DNA from: Eledone cirrhosa
Lineage: Eukaryota
Direction: 5' to 3'
DNA: 64,000 nt
Assembly (NCBI GenBank): GCA_964016885.1
Contig: OZ024742.1
Location: 208,072,001 to 208,136,000 of the forward strand
The position numbers were made by a program, and so were the translations under genes. Positions 1 to 14,492 of the stretch are shown here, piece after piece (positions within the stretch are counted from its first letter, which is position 1; the number at the start of each line of letters is the position of its first letter). The notes beneath the pieces were generated by a model. It was not told where the DNA came from. It searched no databases and worked only from the letters and a program-made list of their open reading frames with translations.

Positions 1-202
1 ATGTGGTGGGTGTTGATAGTGCGGGGAGCGAGAGAGGGGGAGAGAAGGCGCTGGGGACAGTCGGAGGGAGTGTAATGTACTGGTGTGTGTGCGTGCGTGT
101 TTGAATATGAGTGTGTGTATGGTAGAGTGGGTGTTGGTATTACTGGTGGTGGAGAGAGGGGTTGAATGCGGGTGTGTGAGTGGGGGTTAGTGATATATCT
201 AA

Positions 203-233
<31 letters not shown>

Positions 234-1764
234 AGGAGATAGAGAAAGAATTAATACATGTTTTTAGAAATTATGTCACATTTGTTTAATTGTTATAATA
301 TATAATAATTATTATAATATAACAAATTATTGTAAAATTGTGATGAAGTGTAAGAATAACAAAATACTTGCCGATAGAAAAAAAATCAAAACCTAAAAGA
401 ACACAATTCAGATCTTTATAACGTCAACACCGTCAATTTATCTACTGAAATCCTAAAGTCGTCAAGTTTCTGATCAATTATTTACAGAATAAAATTCCGT
501 TTATTCGCTTGAGGGAATTAAATTTATTATTTCTATCACATATACAAATATATCTTCTAATTGCCGAAAGAGAATCTATTATCGATGAATGATGTACCTC
601 CAAATATTTCTTCCATTTTCCCTTTTCAAAATTCTTTCATGAATTATTCAAAGCCGTTAACAATGTAAAATATGTTCTTATGTATGTTCTTTTCTGAAGT
701 GAAGACAGAAGCACATTTAGTAGGTCATTGAAATTATATAGGGAGGTATTCGTATCTGAAAAATATTTTAGCATGCGATATATAATGGTGAAAATATTAC
801 CGAAATTTGAAAAACTAATTCAATTTAAATCTCTCTCGATATATATATTGGTACTAAATTCATAGCTATATAAGGAAGGAGTAGCTAAGTCAGATGCTTG
901 TTAATTAAAACATGTGTGACTATAATCTATATATGTATTTATACAGGCACATAAATATACATATATATTGTGTCTGAGGGTGCCTGAATTTGTAGTTAAG
1001 GTGTTTGGTTAATGATCGTAAGAACAAGAACTCATTTCCCGGCTGTGCGTTTTGTTCTCGAGTAGTACACATCATTTCACGTTGCTCCAGACCACTGATA
1101 AGGCAAAAATGAGTTGTACCTGTATTCGAAGAGCCAGCATTGTCACATTAAGGGCACGTGTGTCTGTGGAATTCACGTTAATTTTCCGAGAACTGGTTCT
1201 CTCATTACCGAAAACGATACAGTGTTATGTTAGTATATTTGCGTGTATGTGTATGTGAATGTAAGCAAACAAGTAATGGAAGCTAGAATATAATTATATC
1301 TACGTGTGTCGATGTATTATATAGACATATAATTATATCTATCTGCGTCTAAATAATATATATAGACACATCTGTATATATTAAAATCATTCACTTCAGT
1401 TTTCTTCTCTGAATTGCTACTGCCGTCCAGCTCGCCTGAAAGTTTCTTACCTCTGACATATGACTAGAAAATTGACTACCGTGAAAAAGCCGGAGGTCGT
1501 CCGGAAAAGATTGGGTAGTGCTAGGAAGGACTACATCTAGAGGCTCTGAATGTTAGCTCCCCATTTTGTCATATAATTTTGCTACAAATTCTAACAATGA
1601 AAGATTTTCCTAGGATTCACCAAACGAGGAAGAGAATGATGAATCCATAGTCACCATGTTAACCACATAAAATTTCCATTTATCTATGGAAGGGTATACA
1701 CCACTTACATAAATGTAAGTATCCATACGTAAAGGTACACACACACATACACACACACACACAC

Positions 1765-1841
<77 letters not shown>

Positions 1842-2072
1842 TATATATACATGCACATATACATATGTGCGTGTGAGTTATATCGAAAATTAATAATAAT
1901 ATTTGATTCGTTTGTAAACACACGGCCCGATTAAAGCTGTGCCGTGCCGATGACAAATCATCATCCGTTTGTCTAACACTGGCATTGTATCAGCTGTGCT
2001 AGGTCGAGAAATAAAATTCGAATATTCTCATTCATTTTCTAAATAACCTACGTACATATGTAGGTGTATATA

Positions 2073-2635
<563 letters not shown>

Positions 2636-2763
2636 TATATATATATATATATATGTATGTAGGAAGTGAGTTTTATTGTAGCAAAAATAAAACAATGCAA
2701 ATATCGGATAAGTAGATACCTGGTAAATCTGAATTCACTAAACTTCTGATTGAAAAATCTGTC

Positions 2764-4990
2764 TCTTTTGTGAGAAGGCTTAGATGGATCGCTATTTTCC
2801 ATGACCAGCGTCAAAAAGGACATTTCTATAATAAGGAACATAACAATTTTGTTCATTTATTTAACTCTAGAAGAAATCCTCCTTCCAACAAAAATCTAGT
2901 GCAGTTTGAGGAAGAATTAACTAATATTATAAGAGGTCTTAAATTCAAGAGCAACCCTTATAGAGGACAGAAGCACCTTATAAATCTCAGGAATACGATT
3001 TTGGACCTTAATTCCTCTAAAAATGTCTTATTCCACTTCGACAAAACTAATAATTTATATGGTGTATCCAAAGATAAGTATAATAACCTTATCCTTAAGG
3101 AACTCAGGAAGAATTATCGTAAAACTAACCATGCCAATTTGGAATCTATAAACTTGGAAGCTTCTGAGATTATGTCTAAACTTGGCATCGAGAAAAAGAC
3201 CGAACCATTCTTCCCAAGAACTCCGAGGAAAAATCTCAAGGATCATAAACGTAACTTTTGAACGGAACTTCCTGTTAGACTAATCGCCCCCTCTAAATCC
3301 GATCTGGGGGTTGTTAGTAAATCCATCTTGGATAGAATAATCCTACAGGTTCGTTCTAATTGCTCTATTTCTCACTTAAATTTATGGATTGGTACATCTG
3401 AAGTAATTGGCTGGTTCAATGACCTGAATAACAACAACAAACAAAAATGTAACCATTTTGACATTGCCAGTTACTATTCTTCTATTTCGCCTTCACTCCC
3501 CAACAACGCTCAATCTTTCGCATTTAAATACTCTGACATTACCACAGATGAACTTTACATCATTCTCACCGCAAGGAAAACTATCCTGGAATTCAACAAT
3601 GAATATTGGACTAGAGTTGATACTTCCAACAATTTTGATATTACAATGGGTGCTTCCGATTCATCGCAATTAACGGACTTGATTGGTATCTTTATTTTGA
3701 ATTCTTTAAATCGGAAAACTCCTCAACTTCGCGGTGGAATTTATCGTGACGATGCCCTTTTTACTGTCTTAAACTGTAACTTAGTTAACCTCAATATTAT
3801 TAAGAACAATATACTTGATCTATTTAAGCACCATAACCTTAAAGTTGAATTTGATAACAACGTCAAACTAGCTAATTTCTTGGATATATCCCATAATCTT
3901 GACACTGGTCTATATTACCCTTACCATAAAAACAATGAAAATCTAAATTATATTAACTTTAAATCTAACCACTCCACTAACGTTAAAAATGCTATAGTCA
4001 GTAATATTGAAAAAAGAATCTCAAATCTATCCTCTAATAAAGCTGTGTTCAACGCTAATGCCAATTACTATAATAATGCGCTTTCCAAAGCCGGTTATGC
4101 TGATAAAATTAAATACAGTAAAGAAATCAAACATCGAAGGACTTATAGTAAAACAGTTAATTATCAACATTCCAATAAATAAAATAAAATACCTAGATAC
4201 AAAAATATTATTTGGTATAATGGTCCTTTTTCTCTATCTATCACTAATAATATTCCTAAACTATTCTTTAGGGCCTTAGATAAATGCTTCCCTCCCTCGC
4301 ATATCTATAGTAAAATATTTAACAACCATACAATCAAATTCTCTTATTCCACCACTTCTAACATCTCTAACATTATCTCTAAACACAATAATAAAATATT
4401 AAATAATAAATTACATCCTTCCAACACTGAGCGTCATAATGATAGCAGTAGTATACCCGACGTCAACGTTAATTCTAGGATAGATTCAGTAAATTTAAAT
4501 ACGACGTCAAACGTAACTTCTTTGAATGTTCATAATACCAATCTAAATCAGGAAACTATAGTTTCTATCGTAAATAACTTCTCCAATCCAATTCCTTCCA
4601 TATATAATACTAGGTCACTTGTTAATAACTCTGTTAATTTCTCTAATCGTAATTGTAATTGCCCTGTTAGATCTAAATGTCCTCTTAATAACCAATGTAT
4701 TGATAAAAAACTTAGTGTATGAATGTAAGGTTATAACTGGTACTATTTTTTTTACCTATTTCGGTTCCACTTCCACTTCCTTTAAAGCAAGATTTTATAA
4801 TCACAAATCGTCTTTTAAATACCAACTCAAAAGAACTAACACGGCACTCTCGGAACTCATATGGTCCTTAAAAGACAAAATATTAACTATAACATCTCTT
4901 GGAGGAAGGTTTGTAACGCCTTTCCCTACTGGAATTCTTCCCTATCCACAACATGTAATCTCTGACTAACTGAGAAATTTACCATTATAT
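2764..4990 (+). pseudogene. PLE reverse transcriptase + Cys-linker + GIY-YIG endonuclease, disrupted
   Basis: ORFs at 2770, 3328 and 4522 share one frame broken by stops at 3259 and 4180. RT motifs FDIASYYSSIS, FDITMGASDS, GIYRDDALF and NFLD are present, then linker CNCPVRSKCPLNNQC. A frameshift near 4705 leads into NLVYECKV...YFGSTSTSFKARFYNH (GIY-YIG-like). Confidence 0.9.
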
Positions 4991-6002
4991 CTAATTTTAG
5001 ACGTACGGATTTATTCTCGCTCTGCTTGCATACATCCCTTAGAACTTTCCATAAAGTATACAGCTAATATCTCAATACATATTTAGTCTAAAATCTTCTT
5101 TTCTCAAAGGCTTTTATATCTATTACAAATATACCCATCTTTCTACCTTATTTCAGTATATTATATTATACAATTTATTCATTCTATATCGTTAGAGGTC
5201 CCCTTTCCTTTTCTTCCCTTTTTTTCTTTTTAATTTCTAATCTTTAATCTGTAACTTTTACTTCCCAATTACTTCGCAATTCATATTATTACTCACTACA
5301 GCATTTTCCATTTTTCCATTTTTCCATTTGGCTATAGAAACTATATTTTTTAATACATAATATTATTACCATTAGACATTTTTGTAAACATATATACCTT
5401 TTGACGTTAGATATTTTTTCTTCCTTAAATTTTCTTTTTTCTTCTCTCCTTCCGCGCTTGTTTTAAACCTATTATTTACTTTTACATATTACAATACATA
5501 CAAACAAACTTAAACCCTAACTAATTCCTCTAACTTCATAATTCATTTCTTCTTCTCCTTCTTTCACTTTATATCCTTAATATCATTAATATTTTTATTC
5601 GAATAATACATATTAATAAATTCTTTTTTTTCGCACATATTATTAAACCCTTCAATATATAAACCTTTAATACTATTCTTAATTCCTTTTCTTAAATCAT
5701 AGACATCAACATCCATAAACCTCATTAAATTATAATTTCAAAATCTTTTAAAATTATCTATTATCTTCCAACGGTTTTATAATTTCTCTCTGTGAAACAA
5801 TGTGTTCTCTCTCTCTATCACCCTTCCTTCCTATACTCCTCCCACTTAATCCTTTATATTCTTTCTTCCTCTTCCTTACCATTTCCTACCCCCCACCCTC
5901 TTTTTTTCCCAATCTCATAAATCCATCTTATTTTATTTTTCATATGTTGATTTAAAACTTCACTGCTCACAAGTATTTTTTAAGCTTCATATCATGGTTC
6001 CC

Positions 6003-6073
6003 TATTTTATCTGATGAGAACGCAAATATCATCTCATGATGATACTTGCTTTTGAAATGCGCATAATAAAATA
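6003..6073 (+). ncRNA. type I hammerhead ribozyme (PLE-1 3' end)
   Basis: Stem I TATTTTAT/ATAAAATA, core CTGATGA at 6011-6017, stem II GCAAATATCATC..GATGATACTTGC, GAAA at 6054-6057, palindromic stem III ATGCGCAT, cleavage triplet AUA. Confidence 0.85.
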
Positions 6074-6103
6074 CTTGGAACTCTTCTAACCCTCTTTTGA
6101 TCG

Positions 6104-6159
<56 letters not shown>

Positions 6160-6164
<5 letters not shown>

Positions 6165-6714
6165 TTGTAATAAAATGAAAACGAAATTTCATTTCTCACT
6201 CTTAGTACGGCACTTACTTAAATGTAAGTATGTATGTATACGTACATACATATATGTATACAGACGTACAGTAGTATGCATATATATATATATGTATATA
6301 TATATATACACATATATACATACAGGTACACATACATACATGTACGCATCAGTTTAGCGGACGCTTATTATAGCGCCCGCTTTGTTCGTTTGTAAACAAA
6401 ATGAACAGCCTGAATTTATGCCGCACGGTGTTAAGGCAACCACGTCACCTTTTTGTTCAACACTGACACACGACACTGACACACGTTCAGCTATCTGGCA
6501 GATGGGTATACGGTGCTGATGATAGCTAACAAGCTTGAAACTAGTACATAACATCGTTCCTGTGTCAGTGTTGAACAAAAAGGTGACGTGGTTGCCTTAA
6601 CACCGTTCGGCATAAATTCAGGCTGTTCAGTTTGTTTACAAACGAACAAAGCGGGCGCTATAATAAGCGTCCGCTAAACTGATGCGTACATGTATGTACG
6701 TGTACCTGTATGTA

Positions 6715-6725
<11 letters not shown>
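6160..6725. mobile_element. fold-back PLE pLTR element, family C
   Basis: About 165-bp inverted arms (about 6305-6470 and 6560-6725) enclose an HHR at 6511-6556. A tail lies on the left. Homologous to 32860-34010. Confidence 0.8.
6511..6556 (+). ncRNA. hammerhead ribozyme, family C (stem I disrupted by a small duplication)
   Basis: CGGTG-CTGATGA-TAGCTAACAAGCTT-GAAA-CTAGTA-CAT(AACAT)CG. Confidence 0.7.
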
Positions 6726-6747
<22 letters not shown>

Positions 6748-6749
<2 letters not shown>

Positions 6750-6963
6750 AATAAAGTTAAATAAAAGTCAAATGATTAAAATTTAGCTTCGTTTATTACT
6801 GCTATATATATTTCAGTGACAGCCATCTTTGGCTGTGACCTCTTCAGGCAGTTTGAATTAGTATGGTATAGACAAGTACATATGTTGTTTAGGTGTATGA
6901 TATTGTCAATACTCTGATATGCCCAGTTCCTTGTTGGGTTGTTAATTCACTGGGGAACTGGAG

Positions 6964-6966
<3 letters not shown>
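6748..6966 (-). mobile_element. PLE pLTR, family D, left (inverted) arm
   Basis: Reverse complement of about 7720-7945. Another copy lies at 63810-64000. Confidence 0.75.
6798..6852 (-). ncRNA. type I hammerhead ribozyme, family D
   Basis: Minus strand reads ACTGC-CTGAAGA-GGTCACAGCCAAAGATGGCTGTCACT-GAAA-TATATATA-GCAGT. Core is intact and stem III is the palindrome ATATATAT. Confidence 0.8.
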
Positions 6967-7029
<63 letters not shown>

Positions 7030-7078
7030 GCTACTGTACGTCTGTATACATATATGTATGTACGTATACATACATACT

Positions 7079-7490
<412 letters not shown>

Positions 7491-7514
7491 GTGTGTGTAT
7501 ATATATATATACAT

Positions 7515-8032
7515 ATTTGTTAAGCTAACTTCAACAATAACAACACTACCAACACAAGAATTGAGGTCAGATGTACCTAATAATAACAAGAACAACAACT
7601 ACAGATTGGCTTGCCTCAGAACGAATTACTATAGACTTTTGAATGAGGAATGTTCTAACAACTGACCAATGAGAGGAGAAGAGGCTCTTTGACACTGAAA
7701 TTCGTTTGTTTGAATTCATATGATTCCAGTTCCTCAGTGAAATAACAACCCAACCAGGAACTGGGCATATCAGAGTATTGACAAAATTATACACCTCAAC
7801 AACATATGTACTTGTCTATACCACACTAATTCGGACTGCCTGTAGAGGTCACAGCCAAATATGGCTGTCACCGAAATATATATAGCAGTAATAAACGAAG
7901 CTAAATTTTAAACATTTGAATTATTTATTTTACTTTATTTTACATTAGTCCGGAGTAGCCAAACTAACCTGCGCACTTCGTCGAGTGCTCCACCCTGCAT
8001 ACTGTGGTGTTTGTATACAACCAACATATACT
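7515..8032 (+). mobile_element. PLE pLTR, family D, right arm plus tail
   Basis: Inverted partner of 6748-6966. The HHR at 7835-7889 has its core mutated to CTGTAGA. Unique tail at about 7945-8032. Confidence 0.7.
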
Positions 8033-8077
<45 letters not shown>

Positions 8078-9206
8078 TGTAATAAAAAACATAAGGCAAT
8101 TATTATGTTGTTTATTACATAACTATTAAGCTCTGTTACTTACATAGAGCACTCTTTTTTCCTGGACTTTTCCGACGGAATTACTTCATTTACATACACA
8201 CACACATATATATATATATATAGTATAAAAAAAACAAAAATCAGTGATGCATCTGGCCTCAGTTTATTGCGTGTTACAATTGTTTCGCCGTCAGGTAGCT
8301 CGAGACATGATGGATCTGGCTGAGCTACCCGGTGATACCAGGGTAGTATTTCAAAGTTACAATATATTTGGCACACATTACAAAATATTTGACCATTCAA
8401 ATATGATTGCTGAATGTTAACCAAAGTAAGAATTATAGCAGAATATTTATTGCCGTTCGGTCAAAGTAAATCATCTAGATAAATAATATTTTTTTTTTTC
8501 AGTGGTGATTTTTTGAATACTGCTCCCTATTACAGTCAGCATATATAATGCTTTACTCATAGATGAATCATTAGGTATGTTGTCAATGAAAACGACATGA
8601 CCCAAAAAATATATATAGATTGTTTTTTTATCCTTTTCTTTCTTTTTTTGCTCAATCTGAACCTCTGAAATTCAAACAACATGTAAAGACCATAAATAAA
8701 ATAGGAAAATAAATTTAGCATTGGTTTATGATTGAATGAAGCGTTTACTTACTCATTTCTGTAATTCGGGGAAAGTGTATTTAAATTTGCACAATGTACT
8801 TTTCACCAATCTTTGCCTCTATGGTAGTAGGATCTTGTTTGAGAAAGATTAGTTTTCTAATTCTATTAGAAGTATGCGCCGACGAACATACCAATACATA
8901 TACATACGTACACACAAATACATACATACACACGTATTTCCGGCGTTTAAGAATTATGTAAATAAAATTGTAAACGAAAATGACAGGTTATTAAAATAGT
9001 TGTTTCTAATTTTGGCACTAGGCCAGCAATTACACAGTACATTACTGGTACTTTATTTTATCGACCCCGTAAGGATGGAAGGCAAAGTAAACCTCGACAG
9101 GATTTTAAATTTGACTTAACATAGTAAAAGTAAATAGAGAAGATTTAGGCCAGTACATACGTATATGCCGACGAACATACACATACATATACATACATAC
9201 ACACAA

Positions 9207-9270
<64 letters not shown>

Positions 9271-9289
9271 ATGTGCGCGTGCGGCGAGT

Positions 9290-9715
9290 GTTACTAAACC
9301 TTATGCATTTCTACAGTATTTTCACCAAACTTAAGACATAGGTTACTTATGTACTCCGGATGGTCATGGGCACTTTCATTTTTCCAGATATTGATTATAG
9401 GTCCTCCCGGCAGATAACCCCCTTTAACCACTTCCTTGGGGTCGACTGAAGCACTGCAGTGCAGTGCAAAAAACGTCATAACTTCTGGAGTTCGCAGCCG
9501 ATTTTCACAAAACTTGACACATGGGCTACGTTTGTTCTACAGATGAATGTGAACTCTCAGAATTGGGTAGAGGACCCCATGGGAGCAGGACCCCCTTTTG
9601 GAAAAAGCCGATAATTTTGTAATAATATAGTTTTCGAAGCAGCACTGAAGTATTGACAGAAATGGTATACATAACTGCTATTTAATACCCGAGCAACGCC
9701 GGGTACCTCTGCTAG
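9290..9715 (+). mobile_element. non-autonomous Helitron, 3' portion
   Basis: Terminal hairpin ACCCG-AGCAACGC-CGGGT at 9687-9704, then CTAG (9712-9715) followed by T. This is the canonical Helitron 3' end. The 5' boundary is uncertain. Confidence 0.7.
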
Positions 9716-9729
9716 TATATATATATATT

Positions 9730-10703
9730 AACTCGGACACACGTTAGTTAAATAATCCCTCCAATCACTTTCCCTCTCCCCTGCCTCTATACTTTTACTC
9801 TCTCCCATCTTTTCTCTTTTCTTATTGTCTTTCTCTCCCCATCCGCCTCACCCCCTTTCTCTTTTTCATCTCCTCTCTTTCTTTCTCTCACTCATCCTCT
9901 ACACAAGAGCAAATAAAAATAAATAAAAGATAAATAACATAGGGAGAGTTAAGAAATGTTTAAAAATAATAAATAAATAAAAGTTAATGAATGCTTGCTA
10001 TTTTCCCTCTCTCTCTTTCCCATCCCATTACTCTCTCTCTCTCTCTCTCTCTCTTTTCTCACATCCCCCTTCTCTCTACGGAATAGAGAACACAAAATAA
10101 AGAAAAGATAAATAACGTTAAGGAAGCGGGAGTGTTAAAAAGTGTGTAAAAATAATAAATAAATAAAATTTAAGAACGCTGATTACTTTGCCTCTCTCTC
10201 TTTCATCGTCTTTCTCTCTCATCCCCTTACTCTCTTTCTTTCTCTCTCACATCTTCTTACTCTCTCTCACTTTCGCCCATCTCACACTCTCTCTCTCTCA
10301 TCCCTTACTCTCTTTCTTTCTCTCTCACATCCGCTTACTCTCTCTCTCCCATCCACTCACCCTCTCTCTCTTTCTCTCTCTCATCACCTTACTCTCTCTC
10401 CCATCTGCCACTCTTTCTCTTTCTCTCTCATCCCTTACTCTATTTCGTCCCATCCTTCACTCTCTTATCTACAGACTGGAGAAAATAAAAAAACAAAATG
10501 GATGATCTCTTTTGATATTCATTAGTAAATAAGATTAATTGATTTTAAATGAATTCCTTGCTTTGCAAAGTAAAACTTTTTAGACCTTACCTGTCCGAGT
10601 GTATAGTGAATATGTACATGTATTTTTGAGGAATTGGGTCCGGTAGCTTGGTAGTTTTAGGCGGCCACACAGAATCGTAAACTTGCATTTATATAGATAT
10701 AGA
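9730..10703 (-). mobile_element. possible non-autonomous Helitron with CT-rich internal repeats
   Basis: The minus strand begins A|TCTATATCTATATAAATG at about 10703, resembling a Helitron 5' TC end. Internal low-complexity repeats are present. No clear 3' CTAG hairpin was found. Confidence 0.35.
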
Positions 10704-10760
10704 TATATGGCTTTGCGGTTAATGGTTTAACGATCGTCTCACTGTGTTTGGCCTTTTAAC

Positions 10761-10825
<65 letters not shown>

Positions 10826-10906
10826 TATGTACACGTACATACATCTATGTATACAGACGTACAGTAGTATGTATATTTATATACATACATGCACATATAT
10901 ATATAG

Positions 10907-11835
10907 AGACATGAAAAATGCGCAAGCTCAAAAGTGCCACAGAATGTTATAATAAACCTTCAAAAGTGTGGGACTAGAGTTGTTGCTAAAAAATATTGTA
11001 ATCATTATATATCGTACATTCTGTGGCATCCTTTATAAAAATAGCTTAAACCAACGAAGCCTTTATTTTTACGCTATTTCACTTAGTTAATTCTTAGAGT
11101 GTAACATATAAAAATATGATTTACAACTATAAAATAAATTAATTAATATAATAACAGAGCTACGGAGCTGAAATTTAGGAAATAATGGAGTATCGGATCC
11201 TGAGTTGGAGCCAGTCAATTTTTAGCCGACTCCGCAGCCCTGTATAATACATTTCATATTAAAGTTATTAATAAACCTATTTTACACTGCATGCAAATTA
11301 CCATGAGATATTGATATTAGATATAAGATACAGCGCAATATCTACAGCTGTAAAAGTACGAAAGCGAAGTAATAATAAGTGGCTTAAGGTAATTCCAATA
11401 TGAAAGTTTGTAGTGATAAAAATTTGATAATGCAATACGATTGTTAATATTATAGTTCTATGAAAATGTAACAATAGATAACTAAATTATTTTACTATTA
11501 GTATATTTAAGAAATTATCATTATAGATTTGATCGTTCATATAAGCATCATATTAATTTTCAACACAATTATTTTGTTACTATGAGTATATGATAATAAT
11601 ATTACGTAATTATTTATAGCTGTTATTACATTAAACATCGATGTATTTATTTTTATATGTTACACTCTAAGAATTAACTAAGTGAAATAGCGTAAAAATA
11701 AAGGCTTCGTTGGTTTAAGCTATGTTTATAAAGGATGCCACAGAATGTACGATATATAATGATTACAATATTTTTTTTTTGAAGGTTTATTATAACATTC
11801 TGTGGCACTTTTGAGCTTGCGCATTTTTCATGTCT
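10907..11835. repeat. long inverted repeat (about 200-bp arms), MITE-like or fold-back element
   Basis: 10907-11116 is the near-exact reverse complement of about 11649-11835. Confidence 0.75.
11155..11242. mobile_element. tiny hAT-type MITE
   Basis: TIRs CAGAGCTACGGAG / CTCCGCAGCCCTG. The flanks TATAATAA / TATAATAC match at 7 of 8 positions, consistent with an 8-bp TSD. Confidence 0.6.
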
Positions 11836-12391
11836 AGTTTAATATTTTTTTAAGGCAACGCTTGTAATAACTCTAGTTAAACAGGATATATATTAATAAT
11901 AAATTATCGTTGTAATGTAATTAGATTATGTAATTGTTATTATAAATTATCTTATAAATATTAGTGTAAGATGTATAAAAATATTTTCAGACTTTTAATA
12001 TAAACAACTACAAAAAACAATCAATATTAAACCAATATATTATACATAATAGAAGACATAAAATAAACAATACAAATACAAAATATTTACATACAATTGC
12101 AATTATCAGTGTATATACATTTTCTTTATATTCCCTGAGCAAATTAATAAGATTTGTTTTTATTGTACATAATTTGATGACTTGTTGGTGTGTATTAAAA
12201 GATAGCAACAATTTGTGATTAAATTGTTATCTTAAGCAACTCACTTTTTAATAGTTGTTGGCTGAGCGAAATTGTAAAAGCCTATGAGCAAATATAAAAA
12301 AAAATACACAAACAACATTTCCTTGTGTTATTACATTAGATAAAATAATTGAGCAATGTCGTTATATTTTGCTCTTATTGCACATTAATAG

Positions 12392-12558
12392 TGTTTCTAT
12401 TTTTCGGCACAAATCCATTACGGCAGTCCATTACTGGTACTTTATTTTATCGAATTAGTAAGTATGAAAGTCGAAGTTAACCTCGGCAGGATTTGAACTT
12501 AGAATGCAAAGGACCATAACAATACTGCAAAGCATGGTGTCTGACGCTCTACCAATAC
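12392..12558 (-). mobile_element. tRNA-derived SINE
   Basis: Reverse complement of the family. Further fragments lie at about 9001-9107, 13468-13516, 17497-17555, 17668-17760, 48742-48860 and 60398-60496. Confidence 0.7.
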
Positions 12559-13051
12559 TTGTGTTGAGCTGGTCATTAATTTATGGTGGTCGTGCGTGGA
12601 GTAGAGCAATCGCTAGTTGAAATATTATGAACAAAACATTTTTATTTGCCGAAGAACATATTTTCAATACTGTTTGTGAATGTGACGAAGGAAATACATT
12701 CTGATATGGAACAGTGTACAAAGTGTGTCTGTGAATAACATAATGTTACCTCATGTTGTTGTCAAGACATAATGGATTTCGTTTATCCAGTTAGAAGATG
12801 AAACCTAGCCATCTCGGATTAGTTATGCCATGTGTAAACGTGTTTGAGGATAGCAAAATATGCGTGTTTCTTGTCTGGAAACTTTCTGCTAAACAAATTT
12901 GTTTCAGTATATATTTAATATAATATTAATATATTTTGTAATATTATTAACTAATTATTATAATTAGCGCTTCAGGCTTTGTCTATATACTGAAACAAAT
13001 TTGTAAGTCATTACCTAATTAAACTCTTTGCTTGAAATTTTATCATTCTTC

Positions 13052-13098
<47 letters not shown>

Positions 13099-14436
13099 TT
13101 TATCTAGTCCTTCGCTCAAGATTAATCTATAAGTTTAGATGTCTGCTTTCGTTTAAGTAAATATTACAGTAAGATTTTTAATATAAACAACTACAAAAAA
13201 CAATTAATATTAAAACGAAAAAATTATCAATGATAAAAGAAGCGGATGCAACTTTTTTTTTTATAAAGTTATATTCCTGTTTCTTTAAAGAACATTTCAT
13301 TTTTGTTCTATTGTAGGCGAAATAATTCAATGGTTTAATAGGGAAGATATAACTTACCAATTATGTCTCTAACCGTGTAACGCTTTTTAAGTAGATAACT
13401 ACAATTGAAAATACTAAAGAAATGGAACCAACAATTCAATTTGAAAGTCGTCTACTTATAGTGACAGTGTATTACTGGTACTTTATTTTATCGACCCCGT
13501 AACGATGAAAGGCAAAAATGCAAATGCTTAAAATTTAAATTGCCTTAATTCTATCGTCTGCTGTTTCATTAAAGGGAGATTCTCGTCTGTATTTAATTCT
13601 ATCGTCTACTGTTCCACTAAACAGATATACCTCCACTATCGTCTCTATTTATACATTTTAACTTATAACTTATACACATTTGATTTGAAATATTTTATCT
13701 AGTCCCCCCTCTCAATATTATGATGATTTCTTTCGAATGAAACAGTTCTAGTCCTGTAGAAGCCATTTATATATATAATTGAACTGAGTTAAAAATTCAC
13801 AATATTTATAATTAAATAAGCTCATATATATATGTGTGTATTTATCTGTTTATTGTATTATATATAATGTGTGTATATACAGGATGTCCCCCCCAAAATA
13901 TATACACACTTCAACAGCATTCTAATAACTATTGCCTGTACAGGTAATCAAAGTGTCAATCGAATGTTAGTTTCGTGTTTTAACAGTACAAATTTACAAT
14001 ACACACATAAAACCAGTGTATATATATACATGAGTGTGTATACACATACATGAATGTGTATATACAATATATATGTATATATATATAGACACATATATTC
14101 ACGGTACAACGGAACATTAAAATATAGATGCGGGAGGGGGGGTGTATATATAGGGGCGCTGGGGATAAAGGTGTGTAAAGCGTGTGTAATTGATATATTG
14201 AAGGAGAGGAGCGTGCAGCGATAGAGTAACAAATATATAGAGAGGGGGAGAAATGGTATTGAAGGGGAGGAGTGCAAAGCGAAAGAGTAAGAGAGATATA
14301 TATATAGAGACGGAACAGATAGAGAGAAACAGGCGTAAGTAACAGTGGAAGAGATATATAGAGAGGGGGAAATGTGTTATTGAAGGGGAGGAGTGTAAAG
14401 CGAAAGCGTAAGATATATATATATAGAGGGGGAATA

Positions 14437-14492
<56 letters not shown>

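Larger units (their letters stand above)
2660..6105 (+). mobile_element. Penelope-like retroelement (PLE-1), decayed, with long 3' UTR and terminal hammerhead
   Basis: RT plus GIY-YIG coding remnant at 2764-4990, an AT-rich 3' UTR and an HHR at 6003-6073. Both ends abut (TA)n tracts. Confidence 0.9.

Noticed and set aside
3259-3261. In-frame TGA in the PLE-1 RT as possible selenocysteine or readthrough
   Set aside because: The aligned position in PLE-2 is not Cys, and the same ORF also has a TAA stop and frameshifts, so this is ordinary decay.
8230-8480. Possible host exon (higher complexity, 94-aa ORF)
   Set aside because: No recognisable domain or convincing splice context, so it cannot be supported without a homology search.
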